The position numbers and the translations under genes are program-made. From Nitrospiraceae bacterium (lineage in GTDB: Bacteria > Nitrospirota > Nitrospiria > Nitrospirales > Nitrospiraceae), in contig JBBIQV010000021.1 in the NCBI GenBank assembly GCA_037442105.1, forward strand, positions 1 to 48,134: DNA of 48,134 nt, given 5' to 3'. Positions 1 to 9,300 of the stretch are shown piece after piece. How positions within the stretch are numbered: the stretch's first letter is position 1; each line of letters opens with the position of its first letter. The notes below the pieces were generated by a model. The model had not been told where the DNA came from and made no database searches. It saw only the letters and a program-made list of their open reading frames with translations.

Positions 1-1492
1 TGCCGATGACGCCGTTCATGGGCGTGCGAATCTCGTGGCTCATCGTCGCCAGGAACTCGCTTTTCGCCCGGGCAGCCACTTCCGCCGCCTCCTTGGCCTG
101 ACGCAGCGCTTCCATATGTTGCTTGCGCTGAGTGATGTCGCGGATCGTGGCGATCACGAAAAGGTGCCCGTCCCAGTCCACCGGGCTGAGACTGATTTCT
201 GCGGGAAACACGGAACCGTCCTTGCGGCGTGCGATAAGGTCTGAACCGGTTCCCATTGGGCGAGATGAAGGATGGGACGCATAAACGCGGGTATGCCGGC
301 GATGTCGCTCGCGGGCTTCCTCGGGGATCAGGATCTCGACCGGTTGCCCGATCAGTTCCTCGCGCAAGTAGCCGAACAGCACTTCGGTCTGCCGGTTGAC
401 GAGCATGATTTCGCGGCCCGCAGAAGCAAGCATGAGCGCATCGGGGCTCAATTCGACGAGGTCTTGGAACCGGGCTTCAGCGGCTGTGGCGCGCTTGTAT
501 TCATGCTGAGCGTGCACCCATTCGTTCCGCAGGCACCTCACCGCCCAGATCAAGGTACCGAGTAGGGGAACCACCGCGAGCCCCACGACCAGGGCGAGTC
601 TCTGCAAGACTGCGGCGATTGGCTGGAGCAGATCGCTTTTGTCGGTGCGAACCAGGATCAACCAGTGGAACCCTGCCCAGGTGTCTATGCCCTTCGTGCG
701 GGCATATCCGGTCAAAACCGGTACATGGCGCCGGAAGTGCTCCTCTTCCACATAGCCGGATGGCGCCGAATCGGCGAGTCGAGCCGAAGGGACGCCAAGG
801 CGTTTCAGGTTAAATTGTCCTTCCTCCCGCAGAAAAGAATCGGCGATCAGCTCCCCGTCTTCACGAAGGATCTGGTACTCCGTGTGCGCGGAGGTGCCGT
901 GTTGCGAAAGCAACGCCATGATCGTTTGCGTCAGGATGTCTTCGAGAACCGGTAGCCCTATACGGCTTGTGACGGTGCCCAGGAAAGCGCCATTCGGCCG
1001 ACGGATGGGGGTGGTAAACGAAACGACCGGCATGTTGTCCACGAGCAAAGAATAATGGACGTCTTGGACATAAACTCCCTGGCCGGCTAAGGCGGTCTGA
1101 AACCAGGTTGCTTCACGATAATCCTTGCCGAGGGTGGTCGAATCGGTGGCGGCAATGATCCGGCCTTGGTCGTCGGTGGCGCCAATCCAACTGTACACGC
1201 GATAAGCATCTTGAATGGCGCGGAGGTAGGCGGTTGTGGCAGCCCGATCCTGCTGCAGGGCTGCTACCGTGTGGGCCATGACCTGGGTGTCCCCGTATCG
1301 CTCCCACATCACGTGATCGAGCTTTTCCGCCATATCGGTCGCGGCGACGGCCAGACGCTCGCCCGCGCTGGCCAGCAATTCATCCTTGATGGAGCTGAGC
1401 AAGACTCCGCCAACAATCAGAACGAGGAGAGCCAACCCGATGATCAAAACCGGCAGCCAGGCATAGATGCGGTGTTGCAGACGTGCGGGCAT
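1..1492 (-). CDS. Sensor histidine kinase, probably hybrid (TM-Cache-TM-PAS-HisKA...), 3' end runs off the window
   Basis: Not in the ORF track; both ends translated by hand and they are in the same frame. ATG at 1492 gives [32 protein letters not shown] (TM) and [14 protein letters not shown] (Cache). The PAS reads [26 protein letters not shown]...[16 protein letters not shown] and the H-box [22 protein letters not shown] (BarA/RcsC-type). Confidence 0.9.
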   Translation of the reverse strand, partial: MPARLQHRIYAWLPVLIIGLALLVLIVGGVLLSSIKDELLASAGERLAVAATDMAEKLDHVMWERYGDTQVMAHTVAALQQDRAATTAYLRAIQDAYRVYSWIGATDDQGRIIAATDSTTLGKDYREATWFQTALAGQGVYVQDVHYSLLVDNMPVVSFTTPIRRPNGAFLGTVTSRIGLPVLEDILTQTIMALLSQHGTSAHTEYQILREDGELIADSFLREEGQFNLKRLGVPSARLADSAPSGYVEEEHFRRHVPVLTGYARTKGIDTWAGFHWLILVRTDKSDLLQPIAAVLQRLALVVGLAVVPLLGTLIWAVRCLRNEWVHAQHEYKRATAAEARFQDLVELSPDALMLASAGREIMLVNRQTEVLFGYLREELIGQPVEILIPEEARERHRRHTRVYASHPSSRPMGTGSDLIARRKDGSVFPAEISLSPVDWDGHLFVIATIRDITQRKQHMEALRQAKEAAEVAARAKSEFLATMSHEIRTPMNGVIG

Positions 1493-1508
1493 TATCAAGT
1501 CGCTCTTA

Positions 1509-1901
1509 TCAATATCTGGCCTTCATGTATTCAACGCCCTGAGCCACCGTCTGGCGCCAAATCCGTTCAAGCTCCGGGGACCACCGAAGGTCGAACTCTT
1601 TGAGCGTCGCCATCAGGCTATCCACCCAATAGGCGTACAGCGACGGCTCGATGGCCAAGTGGTTGCGGTCATGTCGTTCAGCCAACCGGTCCAGGGTCTG
1701 GCGGGCAAATTCGTTACCCTCAGAGAATTTCAGCAGCATGGCAAGGCCGGTACGGAACAGCGCCTTTTGCTGCGGCATCCGGGTCGCCGCGAACATCGGT
1801 GCAATCGCCGGATGGCTCTTGGCGAAGATTTCGTAGAAGCGATCCAGGAATCGGGGGTCTGTGATCACTCGGGCAAAGCTGGCCTCAGGCTCCTTCGTCA
1901 A
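1509..1901 (-). CDS. Single-domain globin (PA3967-like)
   Basis: FLDRFYEIF...[17 protein letters not shown]...[27 protein letters not shown] shows the globin B10 Tyr, CD1 Phe and F8 His pattern. The start is either TTG at 1901 (TTGA overlap with the MCP stop) or GTG at 1937. Confidence 0.8.
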   Translation of the reverse strand: MTKEPEASFARVITDPRFLDRFYEIFAKSHPAIAPMFAATRMPQQKALFRTGLAMLLKFSEGNEFARQTLDRLAERHDRNHLAIEPSLYAYWVDSLMATLKEFDLRWSPELERIWRQTVAQGVEYMKARY

Positions 1902-3907
1902 GGTGCCTGCTTCGCGCCCTGCCACCGCCCGGACCACGAGAGCCGCGCCGACACCTGGGTAGAGGCCTGCGCCGCCTCCGTCAGCGACTGTTCATTATCT
2001 TTGCTGGCTGTGGCTGTCCGTTCGATATTGCCTGTAATCTCCCCGGTCGCGGTCGACTGTTCCTCCGCGGCAGTCGCGATCTGGGTGATCCGGTCGGTGA
2101 TCTGTCGAATCGCTTGGAGAATCTGCGTCAAGCTGTGGCCGGCTTGCTGAGCCAGGACCATGCCGGCCTGAGCTTGGCGGCGCCCGCCCGCCGTGGCCTC
2201 CACAGTCGTTTTAGTTTCTTCCTGCATGGCATGGATGATCGCGGCGATTTCCTTGGTCGCTTCGGTGGTCCGTTCGGCGAGTTTTCGCACCTCATCGGCC
2301 ACGACGGCAAAGCCACGCCCATGGTCACCGGCGCGGGCCGCTTCGATGGCGGCGTTCAGGGCCAATAGGTTGGTTTGCTCGGCAATCTCGTCGATGACCT
2401 TGGTGATCTGTCCGATTTCATCGGATCGCTGGGCCAAGTGCCTGATCTGTTCCCCGGACTGCTCCACTGTCTCGGCGATGCGCGTCATGCCTTCCACGGT
2501 TTGCTGCAAGAGAGCGCTGCCCTTTTCAGCTTCGAGGTCGGTTTCTTTGGCGAACACCGCGGCCCCTTGGGCGTTCTTGGCCACCTCGGCCACCGTGGCG
2601 GACATTTGTTCGGAGGCTGCGGCGACCTGCGTGGCCTCAGCCGCCCGCTGCCGGCTTTGGACCTGGAGCGTCCCGATCATACCCAGAAGCTGCTGCGCCT
2701 GCGTCGCCATCTCCACGCCGGCAAGGTCCATCTCTTGGGAGACCTTTTGTAACCGGCTGACGAGACGGTTGAAGGCCATGGTCAAGCGCCCTGTTTCATC
2801 CCGCGACGAATGGGCGATCCGTTTCGTCAAGTCGGTTTTCCCGCCTGCGATGTCCTCCATCAGGGCCACAATCTTCGTGAGCGGCCCGACCAAGGATCGG
2901 CTGAGCAGGGTCGCGGTCGCGATAGCCGCACCGGCCATGAGCAGGAACAGCCAGATGATGTGTGTGCGCAAGCGGAGGATATCTGCGTAGGCATCCTGGG
3001 CGTCCTGCCCGACGACCAATCCCCAGCCGAATCCTGGATAGGCGCCGTAGCCGGCCGAACGGGCGTAACCGAACAAGACCGGCTTACCTGTGTATAGGTT
3101 CTCCCCGTCCAGAGCGCCGCTTTCTCCGCGTTCAGCGTTCAACGCCCGTTGCACGAGCGGCTTGCTCCGAAAATTGGAGGCCAGCACATGTTCCGAAAAC
3201 GGCGAGGCTAGCACCAGCCCATCCTGATTCACGAGGGTCAGCCGGATGTTCAGCCGGTCCTTCTCGATAGCGCGCGCCGAGATCTCTCCCAGGATGGTCT
3301 GGACAACACTCCAATCGAACTGGTTCGACCAGACCCCGATTATTTTGCCCTGTTCGTCTTTGACCGGATAGGAAAACGACATCACCCGACCCTGATCGTG
3401 GTAGAGGTGCGCAACGTCAGTATCTTCATGCACATCGCTCACAAGCGTCTGACCATCTTTCGCATGTCCGCCGATCGTGTCCCGAAACCAGGGCTCGTGG
3501 CTGACGTCCGTTCCAAGCAGTCGGCTGGTCTCCAGCCGCTCGCCGCGCGATCCAGCCGTGTTCACCGCCAGGATTTTCCCGTTCCGGTCGGCCATGACCA
3601 TCAGCCGGTACATAGGGGCATAGATGCCGACCATGCGATCCATGAAGGCCGTGATTCGCTTAGAATCGCCGGATCGTGCCGCTTCGCTGTTGGCGAAGGC
3701 CTGCGCGTCGCCGTACCGTTCAAAAAGATTCCGATCGATCTTGTCCAAGGTGTCGGCACCCAAGCCGGCCAGGCGGGTGCCGACCTGAGTTCGCAGGGAT
3801 TCGCTGCTGCGGTCGAACGCCAGCCATCCGACGACCCCGACCGGCACGGTCCCGATCGCGAGAAAGGCGGCGATGAGTTTTGACTTGAGCGAATGCACTT
3901 GAACCAT
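1898..3907 (-). CDS. Methyl-accepting chemotaxis protein (dCache-HAMP-MCP signal)
   Basis: Two TM segments, a HAMP domain and the signalling tip [45 protein letters not shown] precedes ATG 3907; alternative ATG at 3919. Confidence 0.95.
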   Translation of the reverse strand: MVQVHSLKSKLIAAFLAIGTVPVGVVGWLAFDRSSESLRTQVGTRLAGLGADTLDKIDRNLFERYGDAQAFANSEAARSGDSKRITAFMDRMVGIYAPMYRLMVMADRNGKILAVNTAGSRGERLETSRLLGTDVSHEPWFRDTIGGHAKDGQTLVSDVHEDTDVAHLYHDQGRVMSFSYPVKDEQGKIIGVWSNQFDWSVVQTILGEISARAIEKDRLNIRLTLVNQDGLVLASPFSEHVLASNFRSKPLVQRALNAERGESGALDGENLYTGKPVLFGYARSAGYGAYPGFGWGLVVGQDAQDAYADILRLRTHIIWLFLLMAGAAIATATLLSRSLVGPLTKIVALMEDIAGGKTDLTKRIAHSSRDETGRLTMAFNRLVSRLQKVSQEMDLAGVEMATQAQQLLGMIGTLQVQSRQRAAEATQVAAASEQMSATVAEVAKNAQGAAVFAKETDLEAEKGSALLQQTVEGMTRIAETVEQSGEQIRHLAQRSDEIGQITKVIDEIAEQTNLLALNAAIEAARAGDHGRGFAVVADEVRKLAERTTEATKEIAAIIHAMQEETKTTVEATAGGRRQAQAGMVLAQQAGHSLTQILQAIRQITDRITQIATAAEEQSTATGEITGNIERTATASKDNEQSLTEAAQASTQVSARLSWSGRWQGAKQAP

Positions 3908-3965
3908 GCGATCCTCCATCTTCCCTTCCTCTCGTTGCGAGTCCGGGCGAGGGTCAGACTGTCCG

Positions 3966-4025
3966 AAAAATAAAAAGGCGCAACCGGGTTGCCCGTCTAA
4001 AACGAGAACCTTCCGGTTGCGCCTT
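3966..4025 (-). terminator. Intrinsic-terminator-like hairpin in the MCP 5' leader
   Basis: Minus strand AAGGCGCAACCGG...CCGGTTGCGCCTT followed by TTTATTTTT, about 50 nt upstream of the MCP start. Confidence 0.65.
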
Positions 4026-4038
4026 CAACTTGCCAGTC

Positions 4039-4093
4039 CGGCCCCCTCACCCTATCCTCCCCCACGGTGGGAGAGGATAGGGTGAGGGGGCCG
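4039..4093. repeat. GC-rich palindrome resembling BoxC-type CCCTCACCC..CTCTCCC/GGGAGAGG..GGGTGAGGG repeats
   Basis: Perfect 21-bp arms CGGCCCCCTCACCCTATCCTC / GAGGATAGGGTGAGGGGGCCG. Confidence 0.75.
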
Positions 4094-4151
4094 ACCGAGC
4101 CCGCTAAGGCAAGTCAAGCCTGCTGCCTGACCCCTCTCTTTGACGCATTTC

Positions 4152-4179
4152 TTATCGGATGAATAGGGCGAAAACTTGA
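4152..4179 (-). promoter_or_regulatory. Putative sigma28 (FliA) promoter for the MCP-globin-kinase unit
   Basis: Minus strand TCAAG-N15-TCCGATAA resembles the TAAA-N15/16-GCCGATAA consensus and lies upstream of a chemoreceptor. Confidence 0.6.
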
Positions 4180-4198
4180 TGGGAGGAGGGTATGGACC

Positions 4199-4981
4199 TC
4201 AGCCCACTCTCCCCTGTTCCAGCAATTTCTCGATTCGTTGTCTCAGGTGGGCTAAGTCCTTCGAGCGAAAGGCGTGTTTGGTTTTCTTCAGGACCTCGAT
4301 CGTCTCGCGCAGCGCGGCCTCATAAGCGGCGAGTCTCGGAGAAGGGACGAGCGCGCAGAAATCGGCGGCACCCTCGGCCTGCCCCGATTGCACCAAGCCC
4401 ATCGTGGCCTTAAAACTCAGAGCGAGCTTGATCATCTGGGCGGTCACGTGATTCAGATATTCCTCGATCGGCCGCGCGGATAGCTGAGGGGATGCGCGCG
4501 CGACAGAGGCTGTCTCAACGGCCCGTTCAAGCTGGTCTAGAGTCCTCGTCCACTCGCCTGTTTCGTCACGCGCCTGTTGGAGCACGCGCAGGAAACGCCC
4601 TTTCTCGACAGCGTGACGGATTTGACCGAGCACGGCGGGAAATTGCAGGGGCTTGATCAGATAATCGACCACGGCTAATCGCAACGCTTCTATGGCCGTG
4701 TGGATGGTGGGGCTGCCCGTGGCGATCAGCACCGGGATGATCGGCCGCCTGTCTTGCAGAATGCGCAACAATTCAAGGTTCTCATTGCCCGGCATATTGA
4801 TGTCAGCAATCAGCAGCGCATACTCCTGTTCACTGAGAGCGGCAATGGCGTGTTGCGTGTCCCGGACTCCGTCGCAAGTGTAGCCGGCTCGGCCGAGCAA
4901 TTCTGTCGTGGCGGACAAAAAGGTTTCGTCGTCGTCGGCAATCAGGATGCGCGGAGGCTCGGTCATCTGGTCAGAGGTCAT
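4199..4981 (-). CDS. Response regulator (REC plus an unrecognised helical output domain)
   Basis: RILIADDD...LLIADINMPG...ATG...DYLIKP. Overlaps the kinase stop by 4 nt. Confidence 0.9.
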   Translation of the reverse strand: MTSDQMTEPPRILIADDDETFLSATTELLGRAGYTCDGVRDTQHAIAALSEQEYALLIADINMPGNENLELLRILQDRRPIIPVLIATGSPTIHTAIEALRLAVVDYLIKPLQFPAVLGQIRHAVEKGRFLRVLQQARDETGEWTRTLDQLERAVETASVARASPQLSARPIEEYLNHVTAQMIKLALSFKATMGLVQSGQAEGAADFCALVPSPRLAAYEAALRETIEVLKKTKHAFRSKDLAHLRQRIEKLLEQGRVG

Positions 4982-7900
4982 GGAGGTGATTCCGTGGCAT
5001 CCAACACCTCGCGGACCTTTTGTGCCAGCTCCTGCGCGGTGAAGGGCTTCTGCAAGAAGGCGATGCCCGGATCCAGCACGCCATGGTGGAATATCGCATT
5101 GCCGGCATAACCCGAGATGAAGAGGGCCTTGATCTCCGGCCTCAGCGCCGACAGGCGTTCGGCCAGAACGCGACCGCTCATGCCCGGCATAATGACATCG
5201 GTGAGCAGCAGGTGGATCACATCCTGATGCGATGCGCTGACCCGCAAGGCTTCCTCACCATTGGCTGCTTCCAAGACCCGATAGCCTTTCTCTTCCAGGA
5301 CTGCACGGGCAAGGGACCTGACGGCGCTATCGTCTTCCACGACCAGAACGGTTTCCGATCCCCCGCGAGCTGTCGCTTCTGGCTTGATCTGCTCCGGGGG
5401 CGAGGCCGGCTCGGTCACGCGGGGAAAGTAGATCTTGAACGTCGTTCCGTGTCCTGGTTCGCTGTACACCCAAATATGGCCGCCGCTTTGCTTGACGATC
5501 CCGTACACCGTGGCCAGCCCCAAGCCGGTACCTTTCTCGATCGGCTTGGTCGTGAAAAACGGCTCGAAAATGCGGGCCTTGGTCGCGGCCTCCATCCCGG
5601 ACCCGGTATCGCTCATGGCGAGCATCACATAAGGGCCTGGCACCACCTCCGCATGCGATTTCGCATAGGCTTCGTCCAGGTCCACAGGAGCGGTCTCGAT
5701 GGTAAGCCGGCCTCCTTCGGGCATGGCGTCGCGGGCGTTGATCGCGAGATTCATGAGAACCTGCTCGATCTGGCTCTGGTCCACTTTCACGCGTCCCAAC
5801 GTTGGGGCCGGTACGGTGAGCAGGCGGATGTGTTCCCCGATCAGGCGGCGGAGGAGCCGGTCCATTTTCTCGATGACCTGATTCAGATCCAGCACCTGCG
5901 GTTTCAATACCTGTTTCCGGCTGAAGGCGAGGAGTTGCTGAGTCAGCCAGGCCGCCCGCTCCCCCGCTTTCTTGATTTCCTGTACGTCCCGGCGCGCGGG
6001 TGCAGTCGGGTCAAGCTTGTCCAGCAGAAATCCGCTGTATCCCAGAATGGCTGTGAGCACGTTGTTGAAGTCATGGGCGATACCGCCGGCCAACCGGCCG
6101 ATGGCCTCCATCTTCTGCGCTTGGCGCAAGTGCTCTTCCAGACGCCGGCGTTCGGTGATGTCGGTAAAACTGACCACAGCGCCGATTTGGGTACCGGTCC
6201 CATCCCGCAGGGGGGAAGCAGTCGCTGTGACGGGAAAGGATGTGCCGTCGCGCCGCCAAAACAGTTCGTTCTCCGACCGGGCCGGCTCACCTGTATCGAG
6301 GACCGAGTGGATCGAACAGGCCTCGCGAGGATGGGGCTTTCCGTCATGCCGCGTATGATGGATGAGCGGGTGGATGTGCTGGCCGACCACGTCGTCCGGC
6401 GCATATCCCAACAAGGTGGCGCCGGCCTGGTTGAGAAAGAGGCAGCGTCCTGTGGTGTCGATTCCGTAAATGCCTTCCTCGACCGAATTGAGAATCGCCC
6501 GATTCCTGGCTTCGGCCTCCTGAACCTGCCTAAGCAAGTGAGCGGTTTCGATGGCTGTGCCGGCCTGAAAGGCCAAGGCCCCGATGATCTGTTCGTCCGC
6601 GTCAGTGAACTCTGGGGAGGGTTGGGAAGGGGATTGCTTGTCGGTCAAATAGAGCCGGCCGAACAGATGCCCATGGGCCCTGATGGAGACGCCTAGAAAT
6701 GAATGCATAGGGGGATGATGAGGCGGGAAGCCGGTAAATTCCGGATGCTGGGTCACGTCTTTGATGCGTAGCACCCCCTGCTTGGCAGCCAGGAAACCGA
6801 GCAGGCCTCGGCCTGTGGGGAGGGTGCCGATGGCGTCCTTTGTGGCGTCATCGACGCCGGCGGTGAGAAGCTGAACCAGCCGCTCATCGCTCTTGTCGAA
6901 GATCCCCAACGCCGCATAGCGGGCGCCGGTCAGTTCTTTTGCTGTGTGCACGATCCGTGTGAGCAGCGCCGGCAGAGAGAGAAGTTCCTGTTGGAAACTG
7001 TGTCCGGTCGCGTTGAGGATGGTCAACCGCGAGAGCTGTTCGTGCACCTCGTCGGCCATCTCCTGAATGGTGCGGGCGAGCGTTCCGAGTTCATCTTTCC
7101 GAGTCAACGCCGTAGGGGAAAGTTTCCCTTCATGGTCAAGGGCCACGACCGGACGTCCCACGGGGGCGAAGGTGCGCGCACGCCGGGCAATGGTCTGGGC
7201 CTGTGCCGTCAGCGCCAGAACCGGATGAACCAGACGGCGATGAATGAGCAGACCCATTCCCACGATCGCTCCCAGAATGATGAGTCCCAGCCAGCCGGCC
7301 AGCAGCGATAGGACCACTCGTTGGTCCACCGCGTGGGGCGGCTGAAAGGCTTCAAGCTTCCATCCGAGGCCAGGGAACCGAGAAAATCCGGTGGAGACGA
7401 CGGTGACCAAAGGTCGCTGATCCATCATCGGCGGCTCGCCGACCGAGATCAGTTCCGCACCGTCTTGCGTCCGCAGCCTGAGCAGGAACGGCACGGACAC
7501 AAGGGCCTCCTTAGGAACCCCTTGCAACACGGCTTCTAAAGGTGCGAGTGCGAGACGGGTGGACCAGACTCCGATCACCTCCCCGGTTTGATTCTTGATC
7601 GCGGCGGAAAAGCTCATGACGGGGCGTTGGTCGCGGTACACATTCTCAACGAGGGGATCGACGTGAAAATCTTCTATGAGGACAGGGCGGGACGTATTCA
7701 TCGCCTGCGTGAACCACGATTCCGCTGCGACCGATCGTCCAAGGAGTTGGACAGTCGGGATTGGATTCCCGCCCTCATCGACCCGGTTAGCAGCCACGAT
7801 CAGGCCCTGCCGGTCGACCACCACTGCAAGGCGATAGTAGGGGGTGTAGGTGGTCACAAGGTGATCGGCGATGACGGGCAGTTGCGCGGGATCGAGGGCA

Positions 7901-8145
7901 CGGACCGGGGGAAGTCCGGAGAATACCAACGTATCGCCGTACCGTTCGAACACCAAACGGTCCAGCGCGTCGAGCGTGTGCCGGGCGAACAGGTCTGCGG
8001 CCTGTTGCCTGGTCTCGGTCAAATCCGTGTAGACGACGGTGAAGAGCCAGCCTCCCAGCAGCAATGAGGGCAGGGCGGTCAGAAACCCCCAGAGCTCCAG
8101 CTTCACTGCCAGCCGCCTCGCTACGTGATCGAGTACTGTGGCCAT
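4978..8145 (-). CDS. Hybrid sensor kinase (Cache-HAMP-GAF-PAS-HisKA-HATPase-REC)
   Basis: H-box LAGGIAHDFNNVL, N-box NLAINARDAM, G-boxes DTGSGM and GTGLGL, C-terminal REC LLTDVIMPGMSG...FLQKPF. Confidence 0.95.
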   Translation of the reverse strand: MATVLDHVARRLAVKLELWGFLTALPSLLLGGWLFTVVYTDLTETRQQAADLFARHTLDALDRLVFERYGDTLVFSGLPPVRALDPAQLPVIADHLVTTYTPYYRLAVVVDRQGLIVAANRVDEGGNPIPTVQLLGRSVAAESWFTQAMNTSRPVLIEDFHVDPLVENVYRDQRPVMSFSAAIKNQTGEVIGVWSTRLALAPLEAVLQGVPKEALVSVPFLLRLRTQDGAELISVGEPPMMDQRPLVTVVSTGFSRFPGLGWKLEAFQPPHAVDQRVVLSLLAGWLGLIILGAIVGMGLLIHRRLVHPVLALTAQAQTIARRARTFAPVGRPVVALDHEGKLSPTALTRKDELGTLARTIQEMADEVHEQLSRLTILNATGHSFQQELLSLPALLTRIVHTAKELTGARYAALGIFDKSDERLVQLLTAGVDDATKDAIGTLPTGRGLLGFLAAKQGVLRIKDVTQHPEFTGFPPHHPPMHSFLGVSIRAHGHLFGRLYLTDKQSPSQPSPEFTDADEQIIGALAFQAGTAIETAHLLRQVQEAEARNRAILNSVEEGIYGIDTTGRCLFLNQAGATLLGYAPDDVVGQHIHPLIHHTRHDGKPHPREACSIHSVLDTGEPARSENELFWRRDGTSFPVTATASPLRDGTGTQIGAVVSFTDITERRRLEEHLRQAQKMEAIGRLAGGIAHDFNNVLTAILGYSGFLLDKLDPTAPARRDVQEIKKAGERAAWLTQQLLAFSRKQVLKPQVLDLNQVIEKMDRLLRRLIGEHIRLLTVPAPTLGRVKVDQSQIEQVLMNLAINARDAMPEGGRLTIETAPVDLDEAYAKSHAEVVPGPYVMLAMSDTGSGMEAATKARIFEPFFTTKPIEKGTGLGLATVYGIVKQSGGHIWVYSEPGHGTTFKIYFPRVTEPASPPEQIKPEATARGGSETVLVVEDDSAVRSLARAVLEEKGYRVLEAANGEEALRVSASHQDVIHLLLTDVIMPGMSGRVLAERLSALRPEIKALFISGYAGNAIFHHGVLDPGIAFLQKPFTAQELAQKVREVLDATESPP

Positions 8146-8269
8146 GACCGTTCCTTAACGCATCACCCGCTAGTGCGCTAGATGTTTTCACACCTACCAG
8201 GGATAAGGGCGGCGTGGTAGGATGAGTCCGAAAACTGCGGGTATTATGCTCGTGAGCAGAGAGAGGGCT

Positions 8270-8285
8270 CGTGATCTATGTCACG
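8270..8285. promoter_or_regulatory. CRP/FNR-family-like operator
   Basis: CGTGA-tctatg-TCACG palindrome (CRP consensus TGTGA-N6-TCACA), between the divergent kinase and the Crp/Fnr gene. Confidence 0.5.
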
Positions 8286-8324
8286 CTTTACCGCTGTCTC
8301 GCTCACAATTTTATTGGAGAGAAG

Positions 8325-9140
8325 ATGTACATTTCCTCGACTCTCTCGCATGACAGTATGGGAAGCCGACGCCGCTCTACCAAACCTCCACCGACCCAGC
8401 GCGACGGTGCTCTTTCGGCATTGTGTGTCGGTTGCCACAAGGAAAGCCGGTGTGCGTTCGCTTACTTGGATTGGCTGGCTGCAAGTGAAGCACCGGCTGC
8501 CGGCACACCAAGCGTCATCACCAAGTCGTACCAGCCCGGCGAGTACGTCGTGCACCAAGGTGAGCCGTGGACCCACGTGCTCGTGGTGTGCCGGGGCTTG
8601 GCCTTCACGACGACGGTCACGGAGGGCGGGGATGAAGTCGGGCTGCAATCGATTTGCATCGGCGGTATTATCGGGCTGGCTGATTGGGTGGGGGGGCGCA
8701 AGGTGTTCTCCGTCTCGGCCAGGGTCTTGATGGAGACCACGATCGCGTATGTGAAGCCCGACGATTTCATGCTTCGCCTGAAAACGGATGAGTCGCGCTT
8801 GAGTTTGTTGTTGCGGCGGATCGGTTATCAGATCGACTCTCTTGAAGACCGTATCCGCTGGCAAGCGTTACACGATGCCTATGGTCGGGTCGTGCATTGT
8901 CTGCTTCAGTTGGTCAAGGGCATGAACCTCACGGCTAACATACAAGTCTTGCTGCCGGTCCGGATTCCCCGCGCCTTTTTGGCTCAGTGCGTGGGGCTCA
9001 ATCCTGAAACGGTGAGCCGCGTGCTGATGCGCCTGCAGCGCCAGCGGTTGATCACCAGGTCGGATCATCGGATCATGATTACCGACCTTGCAAAACTGCA
9101 GCGCGTTCTTAACGGAAACGGCGATAAATCTCGATCGTGA
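8325..9140 (+). CDS. Crp/Fnr-family transcriptional regulator with N-terminal CxxCx5C
   Basis: cNMP-like beta-roll (YQPGEYVVHQGEP) and HTH GLNPETVSRVL. GGAG precedes ATG 8325; the ORF track starts at 8271. Confidence 0.85.
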   Translation: MYISSTLSHDSMGSRRRSTKPPPTQRDGALSALCVGCHKESRCAFAYLDWLAASEAPAAGTPSVITKSYQPGEYVVHQGEPWTHVLVVCRGLAFTTTVTEGGDEVGLQSICIGGIIGLADWVGGRKVFSVSARVLMETTIAYVKPDDFMLRLKTDESRLSLLLRRIGYQIDSLEDRIRWQALHDAYGRVVHCLLQLVKGMNLTANIQVLLPVRIPRAFLAQCVGLNPETVSRVLMRLQRQRLITRSDHRIMITDLAKLQRVLNGNGDKSRS

Positions 9141-9300
9141 GCGGAGGGACGGCAGTCGCCTCCCCACGCAAATTTCCGTTTCACGCCTTGTGCCTCACGC
9201 CATTGATTTCCCACCTGCTGCATGCTAGGAGTCTGACCGAGTAATTCCTCCTTCGCCTCGCTCCGAAGGAATTACTCGCACAGACTTCTGAAACGTTGCC

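Noticed and set aside
35..1603. Plus-strand ORFs at the window start
   Set aside because: Explained by the minus-strand kinase missing from the ORF track.
3960..4140. Assignment of the MCP leader to a known c-di-GMP riboswitch
   Set aside because: I could not find the GGCAAA-GNRA/tetraloop-receptor architecture; left unassigned.
5020..6696. Long antisense ORFs (e.g. 5020-6696, 12350-13930, 17084-18961, 26417-27826, 37843-39306)
   Set aside because: Shadow ORFs opposite well-supported genes in GC-rich DNA, with no recognisable motifs.
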